64,000 bases of DNA, taken from positions 1 through 64,000 of the forward strand of contig JBHLOC010000011.1 of NCBI GenBank assembly GCA_048940925.1, in the 5' to 3' direction. The notes below the pieces were generated by a model. That model was not told where the DNA came from. It saw only the letters and a list, made by a program, of their open reading frames with translations, and searched no databases. The position numbers and the translations under genes are program-made. Of the stretch, positions 9,668 to 19,457 are shown piece after piece. Numbering within the stretch: position 1 is the stretch's first letter; every line of letters begins with the position of its first letter. Source of the DNA: Promethearchaeota archaeon. Lineage in GTDB: Archaea; Asgardarchaeota; Lokiarchaeia; Sigyniarchaeales; SOKP01.

Positions 9668-10912
9668 ATGAATAATAATGAAAAGTATTTAACAGAAATC
9701 AATCAAATTAAAGATTTTATACATGATGGGAGATTTGATGATGTTGTGCAAGTAATTGCCCTCTTTCTTGGCGATGCTGGAGATCAGGATTATTTAGATA
9801 GACTTGAAATTGTTATCGAGAATTTATTAACCTTACATGGAGGACGCACAGTATTACGATTTCTAATTGAGAACATCGTCATCGACATTCCTTCTTTATT
9901 AGAAAACCTTTCAACAAAAGACTCAGTCTTAAGATATACATTTTTATTATTGTTGAAGACAATTTGCGAAAATGAGTGCGATCTTTTTTTACCTTATAGT
10001 GAAAATTTATTAAATTCTGAGGATCCAAATGTAAGAGAAGCAGATTTGCAATTGCTAATATATATGGCAGGAGGAGAGAAGATTTTTGAGGATGAATCAT
10101 TAATTAAAACCATAGCTTTAAAGCTTACAGACGAGAAAGATTTTGTTATTGAGAAGGCAATTCAGGCATTAAAAGCAATAGGAGGAAAATCCCCTACAAT
10201 AGTAACAAAAGTATTGACAGATTATGCAAAAGAAATAGTTGATACTCCCGAAAATGAAGAGTTAAAGAAGCGTATTGATAATATTATAAAAGGATTCATG
10301 ACTGTTGAAAAAATTGAAGAAATAGTTGAATCTACTGAAGATAAAAAGGATATGGAATTAGAAAAAGAAGAATTAGAAGTTGTCGATAAAGAGATTGAAT
10401 TAAAAAAGAAAGAATTAGAGATTAAAAAGAAAAAGTTAGAGTTAGAAGAAAAGGAAAAAGCAATTGAAGAAAAAGTTATTAAAGAGAAACAGAAAGTATT
10501 AAAATTAAAAGAGGAATTGGTAGAAGAAGAGGGTAAATTATCAGAAGACGGAATAGATCTTGAAAAAGTAGCGATAAAGAAAATACCAAAGAAGTTAAAG
10601 AAAGAAGAATCGGAAATCATTGATAAAGAATTAGAATTAAAGAAAAAAGACTTAGAAATAAAGAAAAAGAAACTTGAAATAGAAGAGAAAGAAAAAGAAT
10701 TAGAAGAGAAAGAGATCTTAGAAAAAGAGAAAACATTAAAATTGAAAGAGGCCTTAATTGAAAAAGAAAAAGAATTGTCTAAAGTAGAGCTTGAATTAAA
10801 AGAAAAAATCATTAAGGAGAAAGAACAAAAAATCTTAGAAGAAGAAGCAAAACGGGTTGAAGAAAAACTAAAAGAAATAAAAGAAAAAAAAGGAGAAGAA
10901 AATCCACCTTAA
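9668..10912 (+). CDS. HEAT/ARM-repeat protein with duplicated Lys/Glu-rich coiled-coil tail
   Basis: LLNSEDPNVRE, LTDEKDFVIEKAIQAL HEAT-like repeats; C-terminal half almost entirely E/K/L/I. Confidence 0.75.
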   Translation: MNNNEKYLTEINQIKDFIHDGRFDDVVQVIALFLGDAGDQDYLDRLEIVIENLLTLHGGRTVLRFLIENIVIDIPSLLENLSTKDSVLRYTFLLLLKTICENECDLFLPYSENLLNSEDPNVREADLQLLIYMAGGEKIFEDESLIKTIALKLTDEKDFVIEKAIQALKAIGGKSPTIVTKVLTDYAKEIVDTPENEELKKRIDNIIKGFMTVEKIEEIVESTEDKKDMELEKEELEVVDKEIELKKKELEIKKKKLELEEKEKAIEEKVIKEKQKVLKLKEELVEEEGKLSEDGIDLEKVAIKKIPKKLKKEESEIIDKELELKKKDLEIKKKKLEIEEKEKELEEKEILEKEKTLKLKEALIEKEKELSKVELELKEKIIKEKEQKILEEEAKRVEEKLKEIKEKKGEENPP

Positions 10913-10941
10913 AATATTTACTTTATAACCTTAAATGAATA

Positions 10942-11985
10942 TTATAGCTTCTCTTCATCTTCCTCATCATCTAAATCAACTGAAGATTCAGGTTTACTCT
11001 CAATAGGAGTAATATGTAATCTTCTCACTATTTTTCGAATATCCTCTACTTTAACACTCTCAGGAGGTAAACTTTTTTGAACATTTTTAGCCATTTCATA
11101 AGCAAGTTCTATGTATTTCAAATCTTCCAAAAATTCTACAATTTGTATTTTATAATCAGCGTCTTCTACGCCCTGCCCATATTCCATCAATTTTTCTTTA
11201 AGAAGAATATCGATTTTGTCTGATCTTTCAACAAATTTTACTTTTTTGACCAATTGTTTAAAACTATTCATGATATTATACATTTCTGTTTTAGGGTAAT
11301 CATCAATATTTTTCAATACATGAAATATATAGAGTTCTGCTTTTTCCCAACGTTTATATTTCAAACTAGCTTCTACAAGTTCCAAAAGTGCTAATTCATA
11401 AAGGAATTTAGATTCAATATTTGGTATAATCTTATCAAAAATCCAATCAAGTAAATTAGGTTGCTTGAATTTTTCAATAACATCTAATAAAAACTTTTCA
11501 ACAGCAAAATATAATTTTGCATTTTCTGTTTTGGTAGATGTGAGAAATGAAACTAAAGCATATTTAACTCGTCCCATCGCATCTTCTAAATTAATAGGAG
11601 TTTCACTAAATTTATAAAAAGCAGATTCTAAAATAGGTTGAATTTTATCTTTTACGTCAAAATCATATACGAAGTATTCACCCCATGCAGGAGTTATTCC
11701 TGTAGTTTTTTTTGGTCTAGGGATTCCTTTTATATCTCTACTCTTAGGTGTCTTTGATTTTTTATGTTTAATTTTTTCTGAAAGTTCATTAAATTCTTCT
11801 TCATTTAAAATTTCTAGAATTATTTTATCTTTAGTCTTTGGCACAAAAAGCCTGAAAAATACATCTGAATCTTCTTCAAATAATAGATCTCTTAAATCTT
11901 TTGGAAATGTTATACCAGTTTTAGTCTTTTTTACAATATCTTCAAAAAAATTTTTTTCTTCGTTGGAATTCTGATTTTCTACCAT
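10942..11985 (-). CDS. Hypothetical protein, AbrB/SpoVT-like N-terminus plus alpha-helical domain
   Basis: IVKKTKTGITFPKDLRDLL resembles the AbrB swapped-hairpin start; rest helical; acidic tail. Confidence 0.55.
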   Translation of the reverse strand: MVENQNSNEEKNFFEDIVKKTKTGITFPKDLRDLLFEEDSDVFFRLFVPKTKDKIILEILNEEEFNELSEKIKHKKSKTPKSRDIKGIPRPKKTTGITPAWGEYFVYDFDVKDKIQPILESAFYKFSETPINLEDAMGRVKYALVSFLTSTKTENAKLYFAVEKFLLDVIEKFKQPNLLDWIFDKIIPNIESKFLYELALLELVEASLKYKRWEKAELYIFHVLKNIDDYPKTEMYNIMNSFKQLVKKVKFVERSDKIDILLKEKLMEYGQGVEDADYKIQIVEFLEDLKYIELAYEMAKNVQKSLPPESVKVEDIRKIVRRLHITPIESKPESSVDLDDEEDEEKL

Positions 11986-12101
11986 ATTTATAAAAATAAT
12001 AAAAATCTTATAATAATTTTTTCTGTTGAATTATTAATATATTAAAATGATTTCTTATAAGAAAAGAGTATACAATTTCGATATTTTTACAAATAGTCTA
12101 T

Positions 12102-12695
12102 TCATCCTGTAATATTAACAAGTTCTACACCACGATGATGGAAATTTTTATCTATAAAACAAAGTATAGCATGTCCTGCATGAACATATACAATGGGTAC
12201 TGGATATGATTCTGCATTTTTAATATAACTTTTCTTAACAAATAAGGGAAGTATTTTATTACAGACTCTGCATTCTACCTGAATTCTCTCGACTAAATCC
12301 AGTTTTGCAAATTTTCTTAATATACCATCGATTACTGCTTTAAAGCCAATGAAAATATTAGGAGAAAAATTTCCATAAGATAGAATAACTCCAACATCAT
12401 AAGTCTCATTAAATTTTAAATCAATATGCTCTATTAATGCTTCTAATAATTGAAATTGGACTTCAAGACTCGAACCCACCGTGTAAATAAGATCATTTTT
12501 CCTTATATAGACGATTTTCATATTACCTTTATCCTTGTGAAAATAAATATCATTAACTTTATTTTTTCTAACTATATTAAGATCTAAATCAAACCTCCTG
12601 AACGATTGAAGAGGTTTCCATTCAAAAAGAGTGAATTTATCGTTACTGATATTAATGAATTCCAGAAACTCCCCTATATTTGCATATATCGGCAT
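12102..12695 (-). CDS. Longin-like domain protein with C-terminal CxxC/His metal-binding module
   Basis: MKIVYIRKNDLIYTVG...LLEALIEHIDLKFNETY; CRVC...HAGH...FIDKNFHHRGVE. Confidence 0.55.
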   Translation of the reverse strand: MPIYANIGEFLEFINISNDKFTLFEWKPLQSFRRFDLDLNIVRKNKVNDIYFHKDKGNMKIVYIRKNDLIYTVGSSLEVQFQLLEALIEHIDLKFNETYDVGVILSYGNFSPNIFIGFKAVIDGILRKFAKLDLVERIQVECRVCNKILPLFVKKSYIKNAESYPVPIVYVHAGHAILCFIDKNFHHRGVELVNITG

Positions 12696-12861
12696 TTAAT
12701 TCAATCCAACTAATAATCAAATTGTATCGATAAGTTGATTACTATCAGCACAAATTTATTCTATTATAGCAGAATTATATTTTATCCAATTAATGACACT
12801 TCTCATATTTATATCTTTCATTAAAAATAGCAAATAAAAAGATAGGTTTTGTCATTTGAGA

Positions 12862-13011
12862 TCATTTATGAAAAGAATATTTTCCTACAGTCTTAGTTAC
12901 ACGTAAAATTGCTTTAAGTTTCTGTATTGAAAGATCACGTGGCATTTCACAACCAAAAGCTAACCAATAAACTCCTTCTTTTGCAGAAGTAATTCTTAAG
13001 ACAATGAAATC
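12862..13011 (-). pseudogene. 3' remnant of a uroporphyrinogen decarboxylase/MtaA-family gene
   Basis: Manual translation ...EGVYWLAFGCEMPRDLSIQKLKAILRVTKTVGKYS resembles the GGxYILxxGCExPxDxPxENLKA...GKY C-terminus; N-terminus missing. Confidence 0.5.
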
Positions 13012-13110
13012 GCTTTACTTTTATTTTTAGTATTAGGATTACTAATCGATTATGTTTAAAAAATGTATAATCTTTTCAATTATATCTCTTACACATATTT
13101 TGATTAAACT

Positions 13111-13935
13111 ATGAGTTTTGCACATGCAAATGGAATTAAGATTTCTTATGAAATGAAGGGTAAAGGCTTCCCAGTGATATTTATTCATGGGTTTGGCTCA
13201 AAAAAAGAGATTTGGAAACCTCAAGTATTAGAATTGAGTAAAAAATTTAAAACAATCACTTATGACCTGCGGGGAGCAGGAATATCCGATCGACCTAATT
13301 TTCCCTATACAATGGAAATGTTCGCAGATGATATTAAGGGGCTAATGGATTTTCTTCATATTAAATTAACTCATCTTATTGGTAGATCACTTGGGGGTAT
13401 GATAGCTCAAAACTTTGTGTTAAAATATCCCCAATGCGTAGAAAAACTTGTTTTAATAGCAACTAGCTCAAAGTTTAACCAAAGCATTGATCCAGTTATA
13501 AGTAGTCGAATACAAGAGGGTGAGTTATTAAAAACTGATCCAGAACAGGTATTTTGGAATAAAGCATATTTCACATTTCACCAAAAATTTAGAAGTATGC
13601 TAAAGTCAAATCCGAAAAAAGTTTATTATAACTCATTTTCTTTAGAAACCTTGATAAAAGATAACCAGATTCATCCTTCCAGGCCACAAGATATCATAAA
13701 TCAAGCAAACGCTATGAAACATCATAATACTGTAGATAAATTGCATCTAATTAAAAGCCACACACTTCTATTGGCAGCATCTCATGATAGACTTATTCCA
13801 AAATCATCTATGGATGTTATTCATAAAACAATTCCAAATAGTACCTTGAAAATTATACAAAATGCAGGTCATTTTATGACATTATCAAGAGCACCTGAGG
13901 TAAATCAATATATTATGGATTTTTTAGACAATTAA
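13111..13935 (+). CDS. Alpha/beta hydrolase (PcaD/MenH-like)
   Basis: IHGFG, DLRGAG, GRSLGG nucleophile elbow, D..., AGH. Confidence 0.92.
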   Translation: MSFAHANGIKISYEMKGKGFPVIFIHGFGSKKEIWKPQVLELSKKFKTITYDLRGAGISDRPNFPYTMEMFADDIKGLMDFLHIKLTHLIGRSLGGMIAQNFVLKYPQCVEKLVLIATSSKFNQSIDPVISSRIQEGELLKTDPEQVFWNKAYFTFHQKFRSMLKSNPKKVYYNSFSLETLIKDNQIHPSRPQDIINQANAMKHHNTVDKLHLIKSHTLLLAASHDRLIPKSSMDVIHKTIPNSTLKIIQNAGHFMTLSRAPEVNQYIMDFLDN

Positions 13936-14042
13936 CTTAAACTTAACAATATAATGTGTCAAGATAAGTCATATATTAAAATTTTTTTTTTATCACAAAA
14001 TTGTAATTTATAATAACAAGAAAATAAAAGTGAAATTAAGGT

Positions 14043-14388
14043 ATGATTTATCTGCAAGAAACATTTAATCTCACACCAGCTACACTAAAAACTCTTGATT
14101 CTTTTATAATGGTGGTCAATAGCAATTCTCGAAGTAACTCCTAATAAAATGCCGGATTTCATTGAATGCGTGTAGATAAGTTCAAAAACATTCCCAATTG
14201 TTGTCATTTGGCGACCTTTAGCTGGAAAACCGAACTAAGTGATTGATATATGGAAAGGAGTTATATATCTACGAGAATATCAACCTAAAATTGAGGATAT
14301 AAAAGATTGGTTTAGGATGCTTCGAGAAATAGCGCCAATGGAGTGTTTAGCACAAATATTTTTTCTCTCATACTCACAGCTAATATAG
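14043..14388 (+). pseudogene. Degraded NIPSNAP-like gene
   Basis: MIYLQETFNLTPATLKTLDSF, then frame change to AILEVTPNKMPDFIECV*...IWRPLAGKPN*VIDIWKG...WFRMLREIAP; two internal stops. Confidence 0.5.
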
Positions 14389-14532
14389 TTATCTTATAAT
14401 GATTTTTTGAAAATCTTAAATTTCTTAACATTTATATCTTGTTTTCTAAGATTTTAGATAATAAAAAAATTTTAATCATCAGATTAATTTGCTTATTATG
14501 GTTACTTTAAAGATAAAGGGGGTATTGCTAAA

Positions 14533-15378
14533 TTGGATAAAAAAAAAGTTAAAAGAGAATTAATGTCTTTCCAAGAGATTCATCATGCAGAAGATTATCG
14601 AAATGTTGCAATTTCAGTAGTTTTAGTTCAACCGGAGCATGCTGGGAATATTGGTGCTATTGCTCGAATTATGAAGAATTTTGATTTCACTAAATTAGTC
14701 ATTTTCAATCCTATTGAGACAGCGAAAAAAATCTTAAGTTATAAAACTCAAGGATTTGCAATGCATGGAAAAGACGTTCTAATGAATTCAGAAATTATTA
14801 ATATTCAAGATAATGAAGATTATATTTCCAAATTTAAAGAATTTCTAAAACAATATGATTTAGTAATTGCGACTACCGCAAAAGGGAAGAGATACACTAA
14901 TATAAGGAGACTTTCAATATTTCCAGAAGATTTGCACATCCCCCGTTCTGAAAAATTATTAAAAATTGCTATTCTTTTTGGAAAAGAATCTCGAGGATTA
15001 ACAAATAGCGAGATTACCCTTGCTGATATAATTTTAAGGATTCCAACTGGCATTCGATATCCCTCTCTAAATTTATCACATGCTTGTGGTATAATTTTAT
15101 ATGAAATTTTTAAAAAAATCAATATACTAGATATAGGGCGTGGCGATAAACCGGTATTATTAGCAGATCGAGAAGACCGTCAATTTCTCTTGAAAATTAT
15201 AAAAGAGATAAGTGAAAAATTAAAAATAAGAGACTATAAAAAAGAAAACGTATATTATGCCTTTAGAAATATATTTGAACGGGCTTTTATGTCAAAAAGA
15301 GAATTGACTCTAACAACCGGTTTATTTTCAAAAGTAAATGATATATTAAAAAATTTGAATCTCTATAAAAACGATTAA
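14533..15378 (+). CDS. trmJ: tRNA (cytidine/uridine-2'-O)-methyltransferase, TrmJ/LasT SPOUT family
   Basis: VLVQPEHAGNIGAIARIMKNF, FGKESRGL, YPSLNLSHA. Confidence 0.88.
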   Translation: MDKKKVKRELMSFQEIHHAEDYRNVAISVVLVQPEHAGNIGAIARIMKNFDFTKLVIFNPIETAKKILSYKTQGFAMHGKDVLMNSEIINIQDNEDYISKFKEFLKQYDLVIATTAKGKRYTNIRRLSIFPEDLHIPRSEKLLKIAILFGKESRGLTNSEITLADIILRIPTGIRYPSLNLSHACGIILYEIFKKINILDIGRGDKPVLLADREDRQFLLKIIKEISEKLKIRDYKKENVYYAFRNIFERAFMSKRELTLTTGLFSKVNDILKNLNLYKND

Positions 15379-15450
15379 AATATATCCTCTAAAATTGGAC
15401 TCCTTTTAATATAAATTCAATTCTTGATTCTTTTAAAATGGTGATTTAAC

Positions 15451-15912
15451 ATGAATGAAAATAAAACTCTTATAGCATATGCTACAAAATCTGGTGTAAC
15501 AGAAGAAAATGCTCATATTATCCGAGAAATTTTGAAGGATCAATACAATTTTGAAGTGGATTTAATAAATCTTAAGAAAAACCCAAAACCTAGTTTTTCT
15601 CACTATGAAAATATTATTATTGGCAGTGGAATTAGAATAGCACGATGGTATGGAAAAGCTAATAAATTTCTTAAAAATGACTTCAAAAATAAGAAAGTAG
15701 CTATTTTCCTATCTTCTGGAAAGGCGGGAGATCCTGAGAGCTATGAAGATGCTATTACAAAATATATAAATCAAAAATTAGCCAAAAATCCCCACATTAA
15801 TCCAATAGCAACTGAAGCTTTTGGTGGAAGATATGCTGATGTGGATTACACTGATCCAGATAAAGTTAAAGCATGGGCTCAAGAACTAGGAAAAAAACTC
15901 TCTGGACAATAA
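15451..15912 (+). CDS. Flavodoxin-domain protein (HemG-like)
   Basis: YATKSGVT FMN loop, IIIGSG, AFGGR; GGTGA RBS 6 nt upstream. Confidence 0.85.
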   Translation: MNENKTLIAYATKSGVTEENAHIIREILKDQYNFEVDLINLKKNPKPSFSHYENIIIGSGIRIARWYGKANKFLKNDFKNKKVAIFLSSGKAGDPESYEDAITKYINQKLAKNPHINPIATEAFGGRYADVDYTDPDKVKAWAQELGKKLSGQ

Positions 15913-16096
15913 TAGCTTTCTAAGTAAGAATTTCTAAATACCTCTGACTTTTTTATTTTAAAATTAATTTAGATTATCCTTACTCTATTTTATATTAAAT
16001 GGGAAATTTACTCTTACTAAGAAAAATATTTAAATAATAACAGTTCTATTAACAACAATAGATATTATCCAAAACAATTAATAAAGTTGGTATTTA

Positions 16097-16966
16097 ATTA
16101 AGAAATCAATCAAGTTAGCAAATATTCTGCTTAATTACTTAAAGGAATATCAAGGGAAGGCACTTTCGGTTAATGCTTTAAAGAAAAGATTAGATAATTT
16201 TATATTAACACCTAATGAGATAAGGTATGGCAAAAAACATCTTTTTAAAATCTTAAATGAATTGAAATCTAGTGGAAAACTATTTTCAGCATTTTATAAT
16301 GGTGAAATTCATTATTACATTCCTTCTTCCAAATCTGCGACTGAAATGTCTTCTTTTAAAACAAAAAAAGAAAAAAGAGGAAAAAGAGATCGTGAGAGAG
16401 AGAAAGCTGGATTTTTACCACCTTTAATACAAGATAGAAAGGCTTTTCTAGAAGCTCAACCTTTTGTTTGCGATAACTGTAAGAATTTTACAGATACATT
16501 AAGAGAATTTTGCGAGATATGTGGTACCCGATATACTATAAGAAAGGCTACTAGACATGATTTTGAAAAGTATATTAGTAAAAGACAAACAATTCCAGTA
16601 AAAGAACTAGTACCTCCTTTAAAACCTATATCTACAGATGTTATACCAAAATTTAAAAAATCAAAAACTGCTCCAATCAACCTAGATCTTATAGAAGATA
16701 AAATTATTGACAAAGCTCCAAAACCTATTATTAGGAATAATCAAAATGCAGAACGAAAATTACAATCAGTTCCATTATTAACGGAGCAAAGAAGCATAAA
16801 ACCGCGATATACTTCGATTATCCAACCAGACCCAATCTCATCGTTTTCCGAACCCAAGGAAGCGGAATCAAAAACATCTTTTATAAGATGCAAATTCTGT
16901 GGGATGGAATTGTCCGAAGAGTTAAAATTTTGTCCCCAATGCGGATATATAATAAAAAAGAAATAG
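16097..16966 (+). CDS. Winged-helix plus double zinc-ribbon protein (start extended from the ORF-track 16262)
   Basis: Frame open from 16085; added residues ILLNYLKEYQGKALSVNALKKRL...ILNELKSSGKL...GEIHYYI form a wHTH; CDNC/CEICG and CKFCG/CPQCG ribbons; start uncertain (ATT 16097). Confidence 0.6.
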   Translation: MKKSIKLANILLNYLKEYQGKALSVNALKKRLDNFILTPNEIRYGKKHLFKILNELKSSGKLFSAFYNGEIHYYIPSSKSATEMSSFKTKKEKRGKRDREREKAGFLPPLIQDRKAFLEAQPFVCDNCKNFTDTLREFCEICGTRYTIRKATRHDFEKYISKRQTIPVKELVPPLKPISTDVIPKFKKSKTAPINLDLIEDKIIDKAPKPIIRNNQNAERKLQSVPLLTEQRSIKPRYTSIIQPDPISSFSEPKEAESKTSFIRCKFCGMELSEELKFCPQCGYIIKKK

Positions 16967-17010
16967 AATATTTATTGATATTAATAGAAAAAAGTTATCA
17001 ATTAAAATAT

Positions 17011-17652
17011 CTAAATAAAGTATTTTTGTTGCATTTTTACATACTCATTATACTCAATAAACTGTTTTTCAACAAATTCTATAATTATTTCATATAATTG
17101 CCTAAAAAGTTCTTCTGGAAATGCTTTTTGTTCAAAAATTATTTCATTTACTAATTCTTCGGTAAGTATTTGCGAATTTATAGGTTGGCTATATAATAAG
17201 AAATTCATCATCGCTTTTTCTACCTTTTTCTTAGTAATAGTTTTCATTAGATTTAACCGAATGTCTCGCTTAGAATCAACAAAATAAGGAAAATTTGAAT
17301 CATCTAATAATTTAAAATAATTTAATGAGTTACTCATCTTTTCTACACAGTACTCTAAAGAACTTACCTGTAAGCCAAATTTCTGACAAAATTCACTTTT
17401 AGATTCATGGACAGGAAAATTGTATGGATGCCTTGTGATTATATAATATGCAGCTATAAAGAATTTATATAAATTATGAGGGATTTTCGCAGTGATCCTT
17501 AAATATCTATATACTAATGATACAGTATCGAGTAAAAATTCTTGATTAATATCAAACTGCTCCAAAAATTCTAAACCATCTCTTATTAAATCAATGGTTA
17601 TTCGTTCTTTGGTGCTTATTACTTCATAATCAGGGGTATAAAGTTCTAACAT
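17011..17652 (-). CDS. Cyclin-box/TFIIB-repeat-like protein
   Basis: FFIAAYYIITRH...SKSEFCQKFGLQVSSLEYCVEKM resembles the TFB/cyclin fold AAxxYxxxR...EIAxxxGVSxxTI; ATG at 17652 preferred over TTG at 17691. Confidence 0.55.
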   Translation of the reverse strand: MLELYTPDYEVISTKERITIDLIRDGLEFLEQFDINQEFLLDTVSLVYRYLRITAKIPHNLYKFFIAAYYIITRHPYNFPVHESKSEFCQKFGLQVSSLEYCVEKMSNSLNYFKLLDDSNFPYFVDSKRDIRLNLMKTITKKKVEKAMMNFLLYSQPINSQILTEELVNEIIFEQKAFPEELFRQLYEIIIEFVEKQFIEYNEYVKMQQKYFI

Positions 17653-17722
17653 TTTACACACATAATCGTATAATATTGTAATGATATTCAAATGTTATTT
17701 GTATATTATATGATCCATTTTA

Positions 17723-17753
17723 TTTATAAATCTATGCATCTTCAATGATGCAT
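17723..17753. promoter_or_regulatory. TATA-like TTTATAAA plus palindrome ATGCATC-N6-GATGCAT in a divergent promoter
   Basis: Perfect 7-bp inverted repeat at 17734-17740/17747-17753, between the cyclin-like and RHH genes. Confidence 0.4.
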
Positions 17754-17838
17754 TAATTCATCATTTGTGCAAATATTTAAATAATGGAAAAAAAATGATA
17801 ATTATAAGTAAGAATATTTTGTCGGATATTTCAAAAAA

Positions 17839-18264
17839 ATGCCATCAGAAACAAAAAAATCATCAGATCTATCCAGAATTACCTTTAGTCTAGATGCTTT
17901 TGATGAGAAAGTAATAAATTTGATGGCTGAAAAAAGAAAACAATCTCGTTCAGAAACAGTACGTAATATAATACATAATTGGATCGAGGGAAATCCGGAA
18001 TTATTAAGGAGTAATTATGATATTGATTTAACTGATATTACGAGAGAAATTGAAATAACAGATTATAATCAGGTTATTCAAGATTCAATTCAAAAATTAG
18101 TGAGATATGCAGACTTATTCAATGAGATTGAATTCGATATTTTAGCAGAACAACTAGAAATTAGTCGAAAGATTCTAAGAGAAATAATTTTTGATTATAA
18201 AAACAAATTAGAAAAACTGGGAGTTAAACTCCGAATTAGAGGAAAACTAATTATAAAGGAATAA
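17839..18264 (+). CDS. Ribbon-helix-helix (CopG-like) regulator with C-terminal PCI-like winged helix
   Basis: RITFSLD...MAEKRKQSRSETVRNII; LFNEIEFDILAEQLEISRKILREII. Confidence 0.75.
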   Translation: MPSETKKSSDLSRITFSLDAFDEKVINLMAEKRKQSRSETVRNIIHNWIEGNPELLRSNYDIDLTDITREIEITDYNQVIQDSIQKLVRYADLFNEIEFDILAEQLEISRKILREIIFDYKNKLEKLGVKLRIRGKLIIKE

Positions 18265-18279
18265 AGGAGTGACATTAGA

Positions 18280-18555
18280 ATGAGTTCTGGAAAATTAGAT
18301 AAGGATTCTCAAGAAGTTAGGGTAAATCATCACAAAATTGTATTAGAAAGAAGTATAAATATATCCCAGATTGCTATTCCTTTTTCTAAAATGTCTAAGT
18401 CTTATAAACCAATTGATATTTATTCTGGTAGTGAAAAAATCCCCTTCAAGGAAAGAGATCCAAAATATAAAATGATCTTAAAGCAAGAGTTTACTAATAC
18501 CTTAAAAGATGAATTTAAGGTATATAAATCAGTCATAAAATTTCCTACACTTTAA
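18280..18555 (+). CDS. Small hypothetical protein (paralog of 25800-26024)
   Basis: GGAGTGA RBS; shares ISxxxIPFS...DIYxGxExIxFKExD...ILxxEF with the 25800 ORF. Confidence 0.75.
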   Translation: MSSGKLDKDSQEVRVNHHKIVLERSINISQIAIPFSKMSKSYKPIDIYSGSEKIPFKERDPKYKMILKQEFTNTLKDEFKVYKSVIKFPTL

Positions 18556-18578
18556 TATAAAGTTTTAAAAGGCTCTAG

Positions 18579-19073
18579 TTAAATCTCAAGAATATAATCT
18601 ATTTGACGAAACTCCAAATCTTGACTATTATATCTGCAAGTTTCTTTAAATCCACATGAATCATACATTTTTTGTGCGAGAGAAAAGAATGGATGTTCCC
18701 CAGTGGTAACCTTTACTTTTTTCACACCTAATTCTTTAAATATACTAATTATTTTTAGGATTTGAGCCTTCCCAAAACCATTTCCCCTATATTCAGGTAA
18801 AATGCAATTATGACCAACAATTCCCAATTCAGGTCCTTGACGAAGATCATAAGACCCAAAACCAATAATCTTTTCATTATACATTGTTATAAAACCAGAA
18901 GCACCTATTGTTTTGGGAAACTGAAAAATTTTCTTATCATAAATTTTCCATTCTTGTTGCCATTTACTTGCTAAATCTGGCATTTCTGCGGTTAATTCCT
19001 CATAACTTCTCTTTAAAAGTGAATAAATCAAGCCTTCTTTGTATGCTGTAAATTCTTTAAACGCAAGAACCAT
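18579..19073 (-). CDS. GNAT family N-acetyltransferase
   Basis: ILPEYRGNGFGK, AQKMYDSCGF. Confidence 0.88.
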   Translation of the reverse strand: MVLAFKEFTAYKEGLIYSLLKRSYEELTAEMPDLASKWQQEWKIYDKKIFQFPKTIGASGFITMYNEKIIGFGSYDLRQGPELGIVGHNCILPEYRGNGFGKAQILKIISIFKELGVKKVKVTTGEHPFFSLAQKMYDSCGFKETCRYNSQDLEFRQIDYILEI

Positions 19074-19457
19074 TATACTCTTAAGATCATGTATTTGTAG
19101 ATTCTAAAGAAGTATTATTAATCATTTTCTATTGCTTTTTTACATTACGATCTTTTACGGTTTTTTGCTTCATATATCAATTTTAGATGTTTTAAAACAA
19201 GAGTTTATCTAAATCTTAACTGAAAAAATTAAATAACATTAACATTTCTTCATTACCTCGAGCCCAATCTGAATGAATTTCAAAATAATAATTCTATAAT
19301 TTAAATATTACAGTATAAGAAAATAGAAAAGTCAAATTGACAAAAATAGAATTTATTTTATTTACTTATTATGTGTAATATTTTTAAAAGAAGTTAATAA
19401 TTAAATTATAAGGAAGAAATTCTTATAAGATAATAGTAAAAAAACCTAGGTTTTGAT

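Noticed and set aside
10222-10812. 196-aa Ser/Phe-rich minus-strand ORF
   Set aside because: Antisense shadow of the Glu/Lys-rich coiled-coil gene.
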